Below are positions 12,288-24,424 of a stretch of 64,000 nt of DNA, one piece after another. Location of the stretch: assembly GCA_035221665.1 (NCBI GenBank), contig CM069155.1, positions 29,698,001 through 29,762,000 of the forward strand. Direction: 5' to 3'. The stretch comes from Okamejei kenojei (lineage: Eukaryota). A program made the translations under genes and the position numbers. A model generated the notes under the pieces. That model had not been told where the DNA came from and did no database searches. It was given only the letters and a program-made list of their open reading frames with translations. The stretch's first letter is position 1. Each line of letters starts with the position of its first letter.

Positions 12288-13760
12288 TAATATAAGAAAT
12301 ATAAGAAACGGGAATAGTGCCGGAGGATTGGCGTACTGCGCATATAGTTCTATTGTTTAAAAAGGGTTCAAAGAATAAACCTAGCAATTATAGACCTGTT
12401 AGTTTGACGTCAGTGGTGGGCAAATTAATGGAAAGGATACTTAGAGATAATATATATAAGCATCTGGATAAACAGGGTCTGACCAGGAACAGTCAACATG
12501 GATTTATGCCTGGAAGGTCATGTTTGACAAACCTTCTTGAATTTTTTGAAGCGGTTACTAGGGAAATTGATGAGGGTAAAACAGTGGACGTTGTCTATAT
12601 GGATTTCAGTAAGGCCTTTGACAAGGTTCCCCGTGGAAGGTTGGTTAAGAAGGTTCAATCTTAGGGCGGAGTAGCAAGATGGATTCAACAGTGGCTGAAT
12701 GGGAGATGTCAGAGAGTAATGGTGGATGGCTGTTTGTCAGGTTGGAAGCCAGTGACCAGTGGGGTGCCTCGGGGATCTGTGTTGGGTCCACTGTTGTTTG
12801 TCATGTACATCAATGATCTGGATGATGGGGTGGAAAATTGGATAAGTAAGTATGCAGATGATACTAAGATAGGTGGTGTTGTGGATAATGAAGTAGATTT
12901 TCAAAGTCTACAGAGAGATTTGGGCCAGTTGGAAAAGTGGGCTGAAAGATCGCAGATGGAGTTTAGTGCTGATAAGTGTGAAGTGCTACAGCTTGGCAGG
13001 ACAAATCAAAATAGGACGTACATGGTAAATGGTAGGGAATTGAGGAATGCTGTGGAACAGAGAGATCTAGGAATAACTGTGCATAGTTCCCTGAAGGTGG
13101 AATCGCATGTAGATAGGGTGGTAATGAAAGCCTTTGGTGTGCTGGCCTTTATAAATCAGAGCATTGTATATAGGAGTAGGGAAGTAATGTTAAAATTGTA
13201 CAAGGCATTAGTAAGACCAATTCTGGTGTGCAATTTTGGTTGCCTAATTATAGGAAGGATGTCAACAAAATAGAGAGGAGATTTACTAGAATGTTGCCTG
13301 GGTTCCAGCAACTATTTTACAGAGAAAGTTTGAACAAGTTAGGTCTTTATTCTTTGGAGCACAGAAGGTTAAGGGGGGACTTGATTGAGGTCTTTAAAAT
13401 GATGATAGGGATAGACAGAATTGACGTGGATAAGCTTTTCCCATTGAGGGTAGGGAAGATTCAAACAAGAGGGCATGACATGAGAATTAAGGGACAGAGG
13501 TTTAGTGGTAACGTGAGGGGGAACTTCTTTACTCAGAGGGTGGTGGCTGTGTGGAATGAGCTTCCAGCAGAAGTGGTGGAGGCAGGATCGATTTTAACAT
13601 TTAAAAATAAAGTGGATAGGTATATGGACGGGAAGGGAATGGAGGGGGATGGTCTGAGTGCAGGTAGATGGGACTAGGGGAAAACAAATGGTCGGCACGG
13701 ACTGGAAGGGCCGAGAGAGCCTGTTTCCATGCTGTAATTGTTATATGGTTATATGGTTAT
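12288..13760 (+). mobile_element. Young 5'-truncated CR1 (same subfamily as 5901-9454), nested in host CR1
   Basis: Near-identical to 7973-9454; (ATGGTTAT)n tail; short A-rich filler at the 5' junction; probable TATT TSD. Confidence 0.9.
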
Positions 13761-14012
13761 TATTGACGATTTGGACACCCTAGAGGCAGGAAACATGTTC
13801 CCGATGTTGGGGGAGTCCAGAACCAGGGCCACCATTTAAGAATAACGGGTAAGGTATTTCGAACGGAGATGAGGAAACACTTTTCACACGGAGAGTTGTG
13901 AGTCAGTGGAATTCTCTGCCTCGGAGGGCGGTGGAGGCCGATTCTCTAGAAACTTTCAAGAGATTGCTCGATAGGGCTCTTGGAGATAGCGGAGTCAGGG
14001 GAAATGGGGAGA
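13761..14012 (+). mobile_element. Old host CR1, final segment, truncated at the duplication junction
   Basis: Matches 19675-19930, then switches abruptly to a copy of the cluster 1 J-C intron at ~14030. Confidence 0.8.
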
Positions 14013-14098
14013 TTTTATCAAAATCTGTTATCAAATCCTTCATGACACTTCGGTCTTTGGTCTTAATAAATGAAAATGTCCAAATAAGACATGTTATA

Positions 14099-16274
14099 CA
14101 ATCACTCCGTAACAACCCAGACTGGGTTATCAAACCCGCCGACAAGGGAGGTGCCGTGGTAGTCTGGCGCATCGATCTCTACAAAGCGGAGGCCGCGCGC
14201 CAACTCTCGGACACCTCCTCCTACTTACCCCTGGACCATGACCCCACTGACGAACACCAGGCCACCATCTCGAGCACCATAACCGACTTCATCAGCTCCT
14301 GCTCCCTACCCCCCCCCCCCCCCCCCGAGCCTCCGACCTCATCGTTTCCCAGCCCCGCGCGGCCCGATTTTACCTTCTCCCCAAAATCCACAAACCCGAC
14401 TGCCCTGGCAGACCCATTGTCTCTGCCTGTTCGTGCCCCACTGAACACATTTCTACATACCTTGACGCCATCCTATCCCCCTTCGTTAAATCCCTCCCCA
14501 CCTATGTTCAAGACACCTCAGACACTCTCCGTCGGCTCCGTGCATTCCATTCTCCAGGCCCCCATCCTCTCATCTTCACCATGGACGTCCAGTCACTCTA
14601 CACCTCCATCCCCCACCAGGACGGTCTCAAAGCCCTCCGGTTCTTCCTCGACCAGAGGAGCAACCCATACCCATCCACTGACACCCTCCCCCGCCTAGCG
14701 GAGTTGGTCATTACCCTCAATAACTTCTCTTTTGATTCCTCCCATTTCCTCCAAACACAAGGCGTAGCTATGGGCACACGCATGGGCCCCAGCTACGCTT
14801 GCCTCTTTGTTGCGTACGTCGAACAATCCTTGTTCTCGGCGTACCAGGGCCCCATCCCCGACCTCTACCTCCGTTACATCGACGACTGCTTTGGTGTCAC
14901 CTCCTGCACCCACATACAACTGACTGACTTCATTCATTTCACCACCAACTTCCATCCGGCACTCAAATACACTTGGACTATTTCCGACATTTCCCTACCA
15001 TTCCTTGACCTCACCATCTCTATTGCAGGTGATACACTCCTGACCGACATCCACTACAAACCAACTGACTCCCACAGCTACCTGGACTACTCTTTCTCCC
15101 ACCCTGCTTCCTGTAAGGACTCCATCCGCTATTCCCAATTCCTCCGTCTACGCCGCATCTGCTCCCAGGATGAGGTGTTCCACACCAGGTCATCACAAAT
15201 GGCCTCATTCTTCAGAGAACGGGGATTCCCCTCCCACTATAGATGAGGCTCGCACCAGGGTCTCCTCCATACCCCGCAACACTGCCCTCTCTCCCCATTC
15301 CCCCACTCGCAAACAGGGCAGAGTCCCCCTGGTCCTCACCTTTCACCCCACCAGCCGGCAAATACAACACATAGTCCTCCGCCAGTTTCGCCACCTCCAA
15401 CGTGACCCTTCCACTCGCCACATCTTCCCATCTCCCCCCCCCCCCCCCCCCCCCCCCCCCCTGTCTGCCTTCCGCAAAGACCGCTCCCTCCGCAACTCCC
15501 TTGTCAATTCTTCCCTCCCCTCCCGCTCTACCCCTTCCCCGGGCGCTTTCCCTTGCAAACGCAAGAAATGCAACACTTGTCCCTTCACCTCCCCCCTCCA
15601 CTCCTTTCAGGGACCCAAGCAGTCCTTCCAGGTCCGACAGAGGTTCACCTGCACCTCCTCCAACCTCATCTACTGCATCCGCTGCTCCAGATGCCAGATG
15701 ATCTATATCGGTGAGACCAAGCGGAGGATTGGCGATCGTTTCGCCGAACACCTCCGCTCGGTCCGCAAAAACCAACCCGACCTCCCGGTGGCTCAGCACT
15801 TCAACTCCCCCTCCCATTCCGTATCCGACCTCTCCGGTCCTGGGCCTCCTCCACGGCCAGAGGGAGCAACACCGCAAGTTGGAGGAACACCTCATATTCC
15901 GCATGGGGAGTCTGCATTCTTTGGGCTTGAACATTGAATTTTCTCAATTCTGTTAACCCTTGCTGTCTCCTCCCCTTCCCACCTCTCCCTCAGCCCTCGG
16001 GCCCTGGCATTCCCTCTATCTCTATCTCCCTCCCCCACCCTAGTCGCACTAGCTTCTCATTTTCACACCACAAACAGCTTACAATGGCTTGTTCCCTTTA
16101 TCATCGATACTTTTTTGCATATCTTTAATTCATTGTTCTTTATCTCTCCACATCACCGTCTATATCTCTCGTTTCCCTGATCCCTGACCAGTCTGAAGAA
16201 GGGTCTCGACCCGAAACGTCGCCTATCTCCTTCGCTCCTTAGATGCTGCTGTTTCTCCAGCTTTTTGTGCAACC
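14099..16274 (+). mobile_element. Penelope-like element (RT + GIY-YIG endonuclease + pLTR), 5'-truncated and frameshifted
   Basis: KPADKGG, MDVQSLYTSIP, GVAMGTRMGPSYA, RYIDDCF, NLIYCIRC..YIGETKRR..RFAEH; 9-bp TSD CATGTTATA 14090-14098/16275-16283. Confidence 0.93.
16191..16222 (+). ncRNA. Minimal type I hammerhead ribozyme in the Penelope pLTR
   Basis: CTGAAGA-A-GGGTC-TC-GACCC-GAAAC-GTC: conserved core, helix II, palindromic ACGT helix III, GUC cleavage triplet ending at 16220. Confidence 0.75.
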
Positions 16275-16654
16275 CATGTTATAAGAGAGTTCAGTTGAAA
16301 TTGGCACAACAGTTCCGTAATAATAAAAACCTGCAAATGGCTGTCGGGTACAATACACGATTTTTATTTCAATTGGAGCCAATGGAAATAATACTCTGGA
16401 GATCAATTAAAAACACTGTCGAAATAACTAATGTAAAACCACTAAATAGAACGTGTCCCATTGTCATAAATACTAATTAATCTTCGAAGATCACACCTGG
16501 CAAATATCTCACGTGCGCAATTGAACAGTATGAAACAAGTAGAGGAAAAATATTCATTATTCATTACAATGAATGGATCCATGGTATTTATTCATTACAA
16601 TGTTTTAACCGAAGCAGATCGTCAACCCCCACTAATCTGTTTATGTTTAAACAT

Positions 16655-16977
16655 CACCTCGCGCCCCCGCAGTGTCCGTCCTCTGACCCCCACCGGAAGA
16701 AATCACGGAAAGGGCACCGCCACCCTGGTGTGTTTGGTGAGCGGGTTTAATCCAGGTGCGGTGAATATTGAGGGGATCGTCGACGGCAGTGCGAAAAGTG
16801 ATGGCGTTGAGACTAGTCGTATCCAGCAGGAGAAGAACAACACGTTCAGTGCGAGCAGTTACCTGACTCTGCCCGCCACAGTCTGGAAATCAAACGAGCT
16901 TTACTCCTGTGTGGTTAAACACGAAAACCCAGGCAACCCCGCTTAAGACAAACATCTGCAGATCCGGCTGTAACTAA
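16655..16977 (+). pseudogene. Orphan Ig light chain C-exon pseudogene (duplicate of cluster 1 C)
   Basis: Acceptor AG->AT (16653-54), CGA->TGA stop at 16684-86, 1-nt deletion near 16707, 1-nt insertion near 16925; no leader or VJ of its own. Confidence 0.92.
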
Positions 16978-17494
16978 AACTCCTCAATTCCACCTAATGG
17001 AGCTGTAGAGATATCTGGTGATCCTTCTGTCTTTCTTTCTTTCTGAGAAATTGGTCTTGAAATATTCTTTGTTGTCGACCGATCTTTGCGTTTAAAAGCA
17101 TTAAAGCAATCAAATTGTTAATTGAACCTCCAATGTTATTCAATCTCAACTGATGCATCTTCAAATATTGATTAAGATTCAGTGGTCTGAAGATTGTATT
17201 CTGGATGTTTCCTTACTGCTATCATAAATTCACACACGACTGTCAAATAAAACCAATAGTCCATTATTAAGAGCAATACATTTCGTGACTATTATATCTG
17301 ATGCGAAAGCAGTCAAATGTATGAAATCAAGATGTTTGCTTTTTGACCTGATAGACGAAACAGCGATTTAGGTTGTAGAACATGATTTAAAACGGCAGCG
17401 TTCATATGGAATCTCATTGGAGTGAGGGCGGCTGAACAACATATACGGGTCTACTAATCAATTAGGAATCTATGTCGAACATGATGCTAAAACT

Positions 17495-18490
17495 AAAGGA
17501 CCATCTCCGACACCTCCCTCCCCTTTCTTGATCTCAGTTTCTATCACTGGAGATAGACCATCGACTGACGTTTCTTACAAACCCACTGACTCCCACAACT
17601 ATCTCGGCTACACTACTTCCCACCCGGCTACCGTCAAAGACTATCCCCCACTCCCAATTCTTCTGTCAGCACCGCATCTGCCCACAAGATAAGGTGTTCC
17701 ATACCCGGACATCCGAGATGTCCTAATTCTTTAGTGAACGGGGGTCCCCCTCTCCCATCATAGATGATACCCTCACTCGTGTCTCCTCAGTACCCGCAGC
17801 TCCGCCCTTGCTCCCCTTCCCGCTAGTCGCAACAGAGACAGAGTTCCTAGTCCTTGCCTTTTACCCCATCAGCCGTCGCATACAACACATAATCCTCCAT
17901 CATTTTCGCCACCTCCAATGGCATCCCAACACTAGTCACATCATCACATTTCCACCCCTTTCCGCCTTCCGCAGAGACCCCCTGGGTAACTCATCCCTTC
18001 TCATCTAAATCACCCCCTCCCCAGATACCTTCTCCTTCAACCGTAGGAGATACAACACCTGTCAGTATATCTCCTCCCTCGTCTCCGTCCAGGGACCATG
18101 ACAGTCGTTTCAGGTTCAGCAAAGTTTCACTTGCACCTCCTCCGACCTCATCTACTGTATCCTTGTTCAAGATGCGGACTCTAATACATCGGCGAAACAA
18201 ATGTAGACTGGCTATCATTTCGCTAAACACCTTCACTCAGTCTCAGCCTGAACCAACCTGATCTTTAATTTTCCTCCCCCATTCCCACACTGATCTTTTT
18301 GACCTAGGTCTTCCCATTTTCAGAGTGAGGCTAAATGCAAATTGGAGGAACAGCATCTCATATTTCGCTTGGGCAGCCTACAGCCCAGTGGAACGACTGC
18401 TGATTTATCTAACATCAAGTAATCCTGGTACTCCCTCTCTCTCTATCCCTCCCCCACCCAAGTCGCACCAACTTCTGGTCTTCATCCAAT
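17495..18490 (+). mobile_element. Degenerate Penelope-like fragment (duplicate of 3985-4800)
   Basis: Same position relative to the C exon and the same left junction as the cluster 1 copy. Confidence 0.82.
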
Positions 18491-18659
18491 GACCAGCTAA
18501 CGATTGGGTTAGGAGGGAGAGACAAATCAACCATGATTGAATGGCGGGTTGAAGATGGCCCGTGGCCTAATTCTACTACTCCTTACGACCTTATGACCTT
18601 ATCACTGGTCCGCGCGGAATCGGTCGGCCGAAATGGCTGTTTCTGAGCTGTTTCATATA

Positions 18660-20045
18660 GCCCAGTTAGTCTGACATCGGTAAAGGGGAGGATGCTGGAG
18701 CCAAACATAAAAGATGAAATAGTAGCCCATTTGGATAGAAGTAACAGGATCGGTCCGAGTCAGCATTGATTTACGAAGGGGAAATCATGCTTGACTAATC
18801 CTCCGGAATTTTTTGAGAGTGTAACTAGGAACATGGACAAAGGAGAGCCAGTGGATGTAGTGTACCTGGTCTTTCAGAAAGCATTTGATAAGGTGCCACC
18901 CAGGAGATTCGTTGGTAAAATGAGGGCACGTGGTATTGTGGGTAGATTTCTGACATGGATAGGAAATTGGTTGGCAGACAGGAAACAAAGTGTAGGGATT
19001 AACGGATCCCTTTCAGAATGGGAGGAAGTGACTTGTGGGGTACGGCAAGGCTCGGTGCTGGGACCGCAGATATTTACAATATATATAAATGATTTAGATG
19101 AAGGGATTAAAAGTAACATTAGCAAATTGCAGATGACACAAAGCTGGGTGGCAGTGTGAACTGTGAGGAGGATGCCATGATAATGCAGCGTGACGTGGAC
19201 AGGTTGGATGAGTGGACAGATGCATGGCAGATGCAGTTTAATGTGAATAAATGTGAATTTACCCACTTTGGTTGCAAAAACAGAAAGAACAATTATTATC
19301 CAAATGGTGTCAAGTACTACGAGATCTGGGGTCCTTGTTCATCAGTAAATGAAAGCAATCATGCAGGTACAGAAGGCAGTGAAGAAAGCGAATGGCATGG
19401 TGGCCTTCATAACAAGAGGAGTTGAGTATAGGAGCAAAGAGTTCCTTCTGCAGTTGTACAGGGCTGTAGTGAGACCACGCCTGCAGGATCGTGTGCAGTT
19501 TTGGTCTTCAAATTTGAGGAAGGACATTCTTGTTATTGAGGGAGTGCAGCGTAGGTTCACAAGGTTAATACCCGGGATAGCAGGACTGTCATATGCTGAG
19601 AGAATGGAGCGGCTGGGATTGTCTGCTCTGGAATTTAGAAGAATGTGAGGGGATCTTATTGAAACATATACGATTATTAAGGGGTTGGACACGCTAGAGA
19701 CAGGAAACATGTTCCCGATGTTGGTGGAGTTCAGAACCAGGGGGTCACAGTTTAAGAATAAGGGGTAAGCTATTTAGAACGGAGATGAGGAAATACATTT
19801 TCACACTGAGAGTTGCGAGTCTGTAGAATTCTCTGCCTCGGAGGGCGGTGGAGGCCGGTTCGCTGGAAACTTTCAAATGATTGCTAGATAGGGTTCTTGA
19901 AGATAGCGGAGTCAGGGGGTATGGGGAGAAGGCGGGAACAGGGTACTGATTGCGGATGATCTTCCATGATCACATTGAATGGCCGTGCTGGCTTGAAGGG
20001 CGTATGGCCTACTCCTGCACCCATTGTCTATTGTCTATTGTCTAT
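18660..20045 (+). mobile_element. Old CR1 LINE 3' portion, uninterrupted paralogue of the host CR1
   Basis: RT remnants in ORFs 18791-19159, 19156-19425 and 19349-19648; (CTATTGT)n tail at ~20025-20045. Confidence 0.88.
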
Positions 20046-20059
20046 TATGCAGCCATGCC

Positions 20060-22760
20060 GATCGCTAGCTAGCTCATTCTCCTTCAAAGGGGAGTAAATC
20101 TCAATGAATTATCTCCAATAGTTTCCTACCACTGACGTGCGTCTCACTGGCCTCTATTTCCCTGGATTGTTTCTACGTCTCAATCAACAAAGGAACAACG
20201 GGTCATTTTCCAGTCCTCTTGGTGCTTGCCTGTGGCTAGATAAGAATCAAAGATTCTTCTCGAGACCCCTGGAATCACCTCTCTTGCCTCCCTCAATCAA
20301 CTGGGATAGATACCAACGGGTGCAGGGGAACTATCCAATTCAATGTTCCTCAAGAGCCTCACTGCCGTTCTTTTCAAACTCAAGTCCCAGCATATGTGCC
20401 CTTGCATATTTGTATTTTCCACACTGATCTCACCATCATCCGCGTCTTTCTCCTTTGTGAATACAGATGCAAAACACACTAATTTAATATGTTGTTAAAG
20501 AAGGAACTGCAGATGCTGGAGAATCGAGCGTACACAAAAGGCTGGAGAAACTCAGCGGGTGCAGCAGCATCAAAGGAGCGAAGGAGATAGGCGACGTTTC
20601 GGGTCGAGACCCTTCTTCAGACTAGTCAGGGATCAGGGAAACGAGAGATATAGACGGTGATGTGGAGAGATAAAGAACAATGAATGAAAGATATGCAAAA
20701 AAGTATCGATGATGAAGGGAACAAGCCATTGTAAGCTGTTTGTAGTGTGAAAATTAGAAGCTAGTGCGGCTAGTGTGGGGTAGAGATAGAGAGAAAGGGC
20801 ATGCCAGGGCCCGAGGGCTGAGGGAGAGGTGGGAAGGGGAGGAGACAGCAAGGGTTAACAGAATTGAGAAAATTCAGACACTCATTTAACAATTCCGCTA
20901 CATTCTTTATCCTTGATCAGACCTACCGTATCTCTAGGCACGCTTCTTGTTTTCAACATATGTATAAAAATTCGCAGGGTTTTCCTAAACCCAACTCATC
21001 AATTACATTTCATGACCAGTTTGGCCCTACTAATCACCCGAACTCTTTGCTTCTTGCCATTCCTCATAGTCCCCGTGTGATGCCACTTGGTTAAATCTGA
21101 CATACGCTTCTGTTTTGTTTCTGGAAAGGTTTATAACCTCCGTAGTCATTCACGGATCCCTTACCACGCCATCGTTATCCATCCTCCTTACTGGAACGTG
21201 CTGATCCTGTACTTTGGTCAGCTGGCCTTGAAATTACTCCCATATGTTAGCTTTGGACATACTCAATAACAACTGCTCCCAAGCTCCTGCCTGATGACAT
21301 TTTAATCTATTTTGCTTCTGCCAACATCCACACCAATCCTTATTCAAACCAATGTTAAACCTTGTAAAGTTGTGGTCACTATCCCCAAGTGCTCTTCCAG
21401 CATACCACCAGTCACCTGGCCAAGCTCATTTCCCAACACAAGGTCCCTGGATTCAGACTATCCATACACCGTTTAAGGCAAATGTATTTGATCCATCTCC
21501 CGCTGATTATTGGGCGTCCCATAATATAATCCCATTACAGAGACTGTTCCTTTCTTATTTTAAGCACAACTCATATGCCTCAATAGATGTGCCCTCCAGT
21601 ACGTCACCTCTGATACCGCCATCTCAAATATCGAAGCCCTGATACATGTCTATCCAACAACCAGGTATTCATAATGGCCACGACATTATTATTCCAAGCA
21701 CTGATCTCGACTATCTACGTTCATTTAGCTTTATCCACAATGCTCCTTGCATTGAAGTAAATATTTCATCCCTTAATTGCCCCATAATCATGAATCACTC
21801 CCTGCCCATCTTTCCTTTGAGACTTACTTGTTATAACCTGCACTTTCTCATCAGCCTTTCCTTTTGCAGCCTTGTTTCTTTCGTTCCCATTCTCTGTCCA
21901 TTCCAATTTAAATTATCCAGAATAGTACGAGCAAACTTCAATGTAAGAATATTGGTGTCCCTTCAGTTCAAGTGCAAACTGCCCCTCTTGTGTCGCCTTT
22001 GCGGCAATAGAATATCAATGGTCTACAATCTGAATCCTTTCCCCTGCACCAACTCCTCCGACAAGCATTCATCTTGCTACCCTCACTAACACGTGGCAAC
22101 TGTAGTAATCTAGAGATTATCACCCTGCAGGTGGAAATTTTAACTCCCAATAGACACTCCGTAGGACCTCATTGCTCTTCGTTATATTTTACTGAACTCC
22201 ATATATTCACTGCACACGACCCCATCCCTTTTCCTAACTTTTTTCCCAACTCTCTATACTCACTCTATAGGACCTCCTCCAGTTTCCAACATATCATGTG
22301 CGCTGACATGTACAACGACTTCTGTCTGTTCTCCCACCAACTTGAAAATGTTCTGCAGTTGTTCCAGGAAATCCAAGGTCCTTGCACCAGAGAGGCAGCA
22401 GTCCATCTGTGAGCACTATTTTCGCCTGCCTGTCCCCCTTACTAATGTGTTTTTATCACAATCACTCTGCCTGACTTCATACCGCTGCACATCAGAGACA
22501 GGCCCGATGCCACAGACCTGACAACTGCTGCTGTCCCCTCAACAGTTTACAGGGGAAAGCCAACAGGGGATTCCTGAACCCTCTGCCTATTTCCTTTGCT
22601 GGTGGGCACCCACCTATCTTTGTCCGCACCACAGGTGTGAGCACCTCACTATGACTCCAATTGCAACTGCAGACCACTAACAGGGTCTTTCAGGAGCTGC
22701 ACATGGACACACATCCTGCATATGTAATGTTCAGAGACACTACGTCTTCTTCAGTTCCAA
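20060..22760 (-). mobile_element. Highly degenerate CR1 remnant (ORF1 esterase/APE region)
   Basis: Fragments such as FASVFTKEKD; homologous to 34320-38700 and 50430-54030; boundaries approximate. Confidence 0.65.
20481..20877 (-). mobile_element. Penelope pLTR / 3' fragment with hammerhead motif
   Basis: Reverse complement of ~15935-16275; HHR core at 20593-20620; ACACT TSD 20476-80/20878-82; empty site visible at ~34735 and ~50850. Confidence 0.87.
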
Positions 22761-24364
22761 CATCCCACAGGCTGACCACACTAGCCTCCATCTCTAGGAC
22801 ACCAAGACCAGGTTGTGCTGCAAAGTGAACATAAAGTGACAGACCAAACCTTATCCTAAGGTAACCCTCACAGAAGCCTCTTGAGCTTAAGCCTCGATAA
22901 ATAAAATTTTTCTCTGGCCGCTCCATTTACGTTTACCTTCATTTTATTGGCAACTGTTATTTAGCCAAATAACCAAGCTGTGACACTTGCCCGCAAATAA
23001 CGATAGAGAAGATTAACCAATATTCAGATAAGCATAATTCTGAAAAGAAATATATTCTGGACAATAGTGAGTTAATGTGGAAAACAACTGAAGGGATGGT
23101 CAATTACTCTGTAGCAAAATAAAACAATCAACGGAACAATCAATGGTATAAATAAAGGAATATGACTGTGTATGCTACATCAGAGATCAGATCATATGAA
23201 ATTAAATATATTGTAAGGAAACCGAAGCTGAGGTTGAGGGCACATACACTTCCTTGCAACACGACAGTGGTAGTCCTTACAAATCAGAACCAGACCCAAT
23301 TCTGCCTACTCTCTGTTTTCTGTTAGCTAACCTTCGATTCACAATAGCATGTGATCTCTAGCACGTGTATCATTTTCCTTCTTTGGGCAATACACGTTAA
23401 TTCTTCAAAGTATTCCAATACATTAGTCAAACGTTGCCTGTCAAGTTGCTTGAGCACTTCTGCACTAACGTAAGTGATAATTTTAATATGCAATAATATT
23501 AACGTTTCCAAATATCCTACCATGACGCTTATTCGTGTCAAATTTGTTCTAAAGCAGCCAAATAAATAGCTTCGGCAAAATACCATAACAGGCCTGTGAA
23601 AGTAATGAACGTGGTGGATAAAAGAATATCTAGTTCTTTCTTTGCCACTGCTAGACCCACTGAAAATAAGTGAAGCCAGATAAGAGGATGAAACCAATAC
23701 ATTGTACACGTAAAGTATGCATTGGAAGGAATAAGAATAGTCCCGAAATTAGGTTTCCGAATTTTAAGAAGGCCGATTTCAGTAACATTGTAAGAAGTAA
23801 ATTCTGGAATGGTATTCCTAATGGGTTGGACCTGTATCTTCGCCAAAAGGACTGCAGCAAATCCCGAGAAGTTGGGCCTTAACGATTAAATAGTCCACAT
23901 CACATCCTTATATACAGGAAACATTCCACACAGAAGTCATTAACCCCGTTATTCTTCAGCAGTGGCTTCTATGCAATGTACATCTTCCCTGCGTAAAACG
24001 ATAAAACTATATTTAAATACCTAATCTTATTTATTTTAGAGAATATCTGTGTTGCTTTAATACTTCATTTCCATTAATTTGTAAAGGTGATAAACGTCTA
24101 CTTCATTCTCAAAGTGCTAGAGTAATTCAGCAGATCGGGCATCATCTTTGCAGAACATGGATATGTTATTTTGGTGGGGTCTCTTTTCCAGTGTCTAAAG
24201 AAGGTTCGCGATCCGAAATGTCCTTACGAGACCATCTACTCCAGCATTGTGCGTTTTACTGAAGATTCCAGCATCTCACAGTCGCATCTCCTTGAACGTC
24301 ACAATCCCGTTCTGTTCAAAATTTCATTACAAATGTTAATCTTTTGAGTGTTATTCAGTCTGTC

Positions 24365-24422
<58 letters not shown>
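24365..24422. repeat. (CT)n(TA)n microsatellite
   Basis: Read directly; paralogous (CT)n tracts at 40221-40280 and 55742-55800. Confidence 0.9.

Positions 24423-24424
<2 letters not shown>

Noticed and set aside
15434-15460. Long poly-C tract and proline-rich ORFs as a functional feature
   Set aside because: Homopolymer expansions within Penelope copies (also ~4287 and ~14309); lengths may include sequencing error
16521-16946. 141-aa ORF containing Ig C sequence as a novel protein
   Set aside because: A chance read-through of intron into the frameshifted pseudo-C; no leader and no valid splice acceptor
18336-18343. Perfect octamer ATGCAAAT
   Set aside because: Lies inside a decayed Penelope fragment far from any promoter and is not conserved in the paralogous copy
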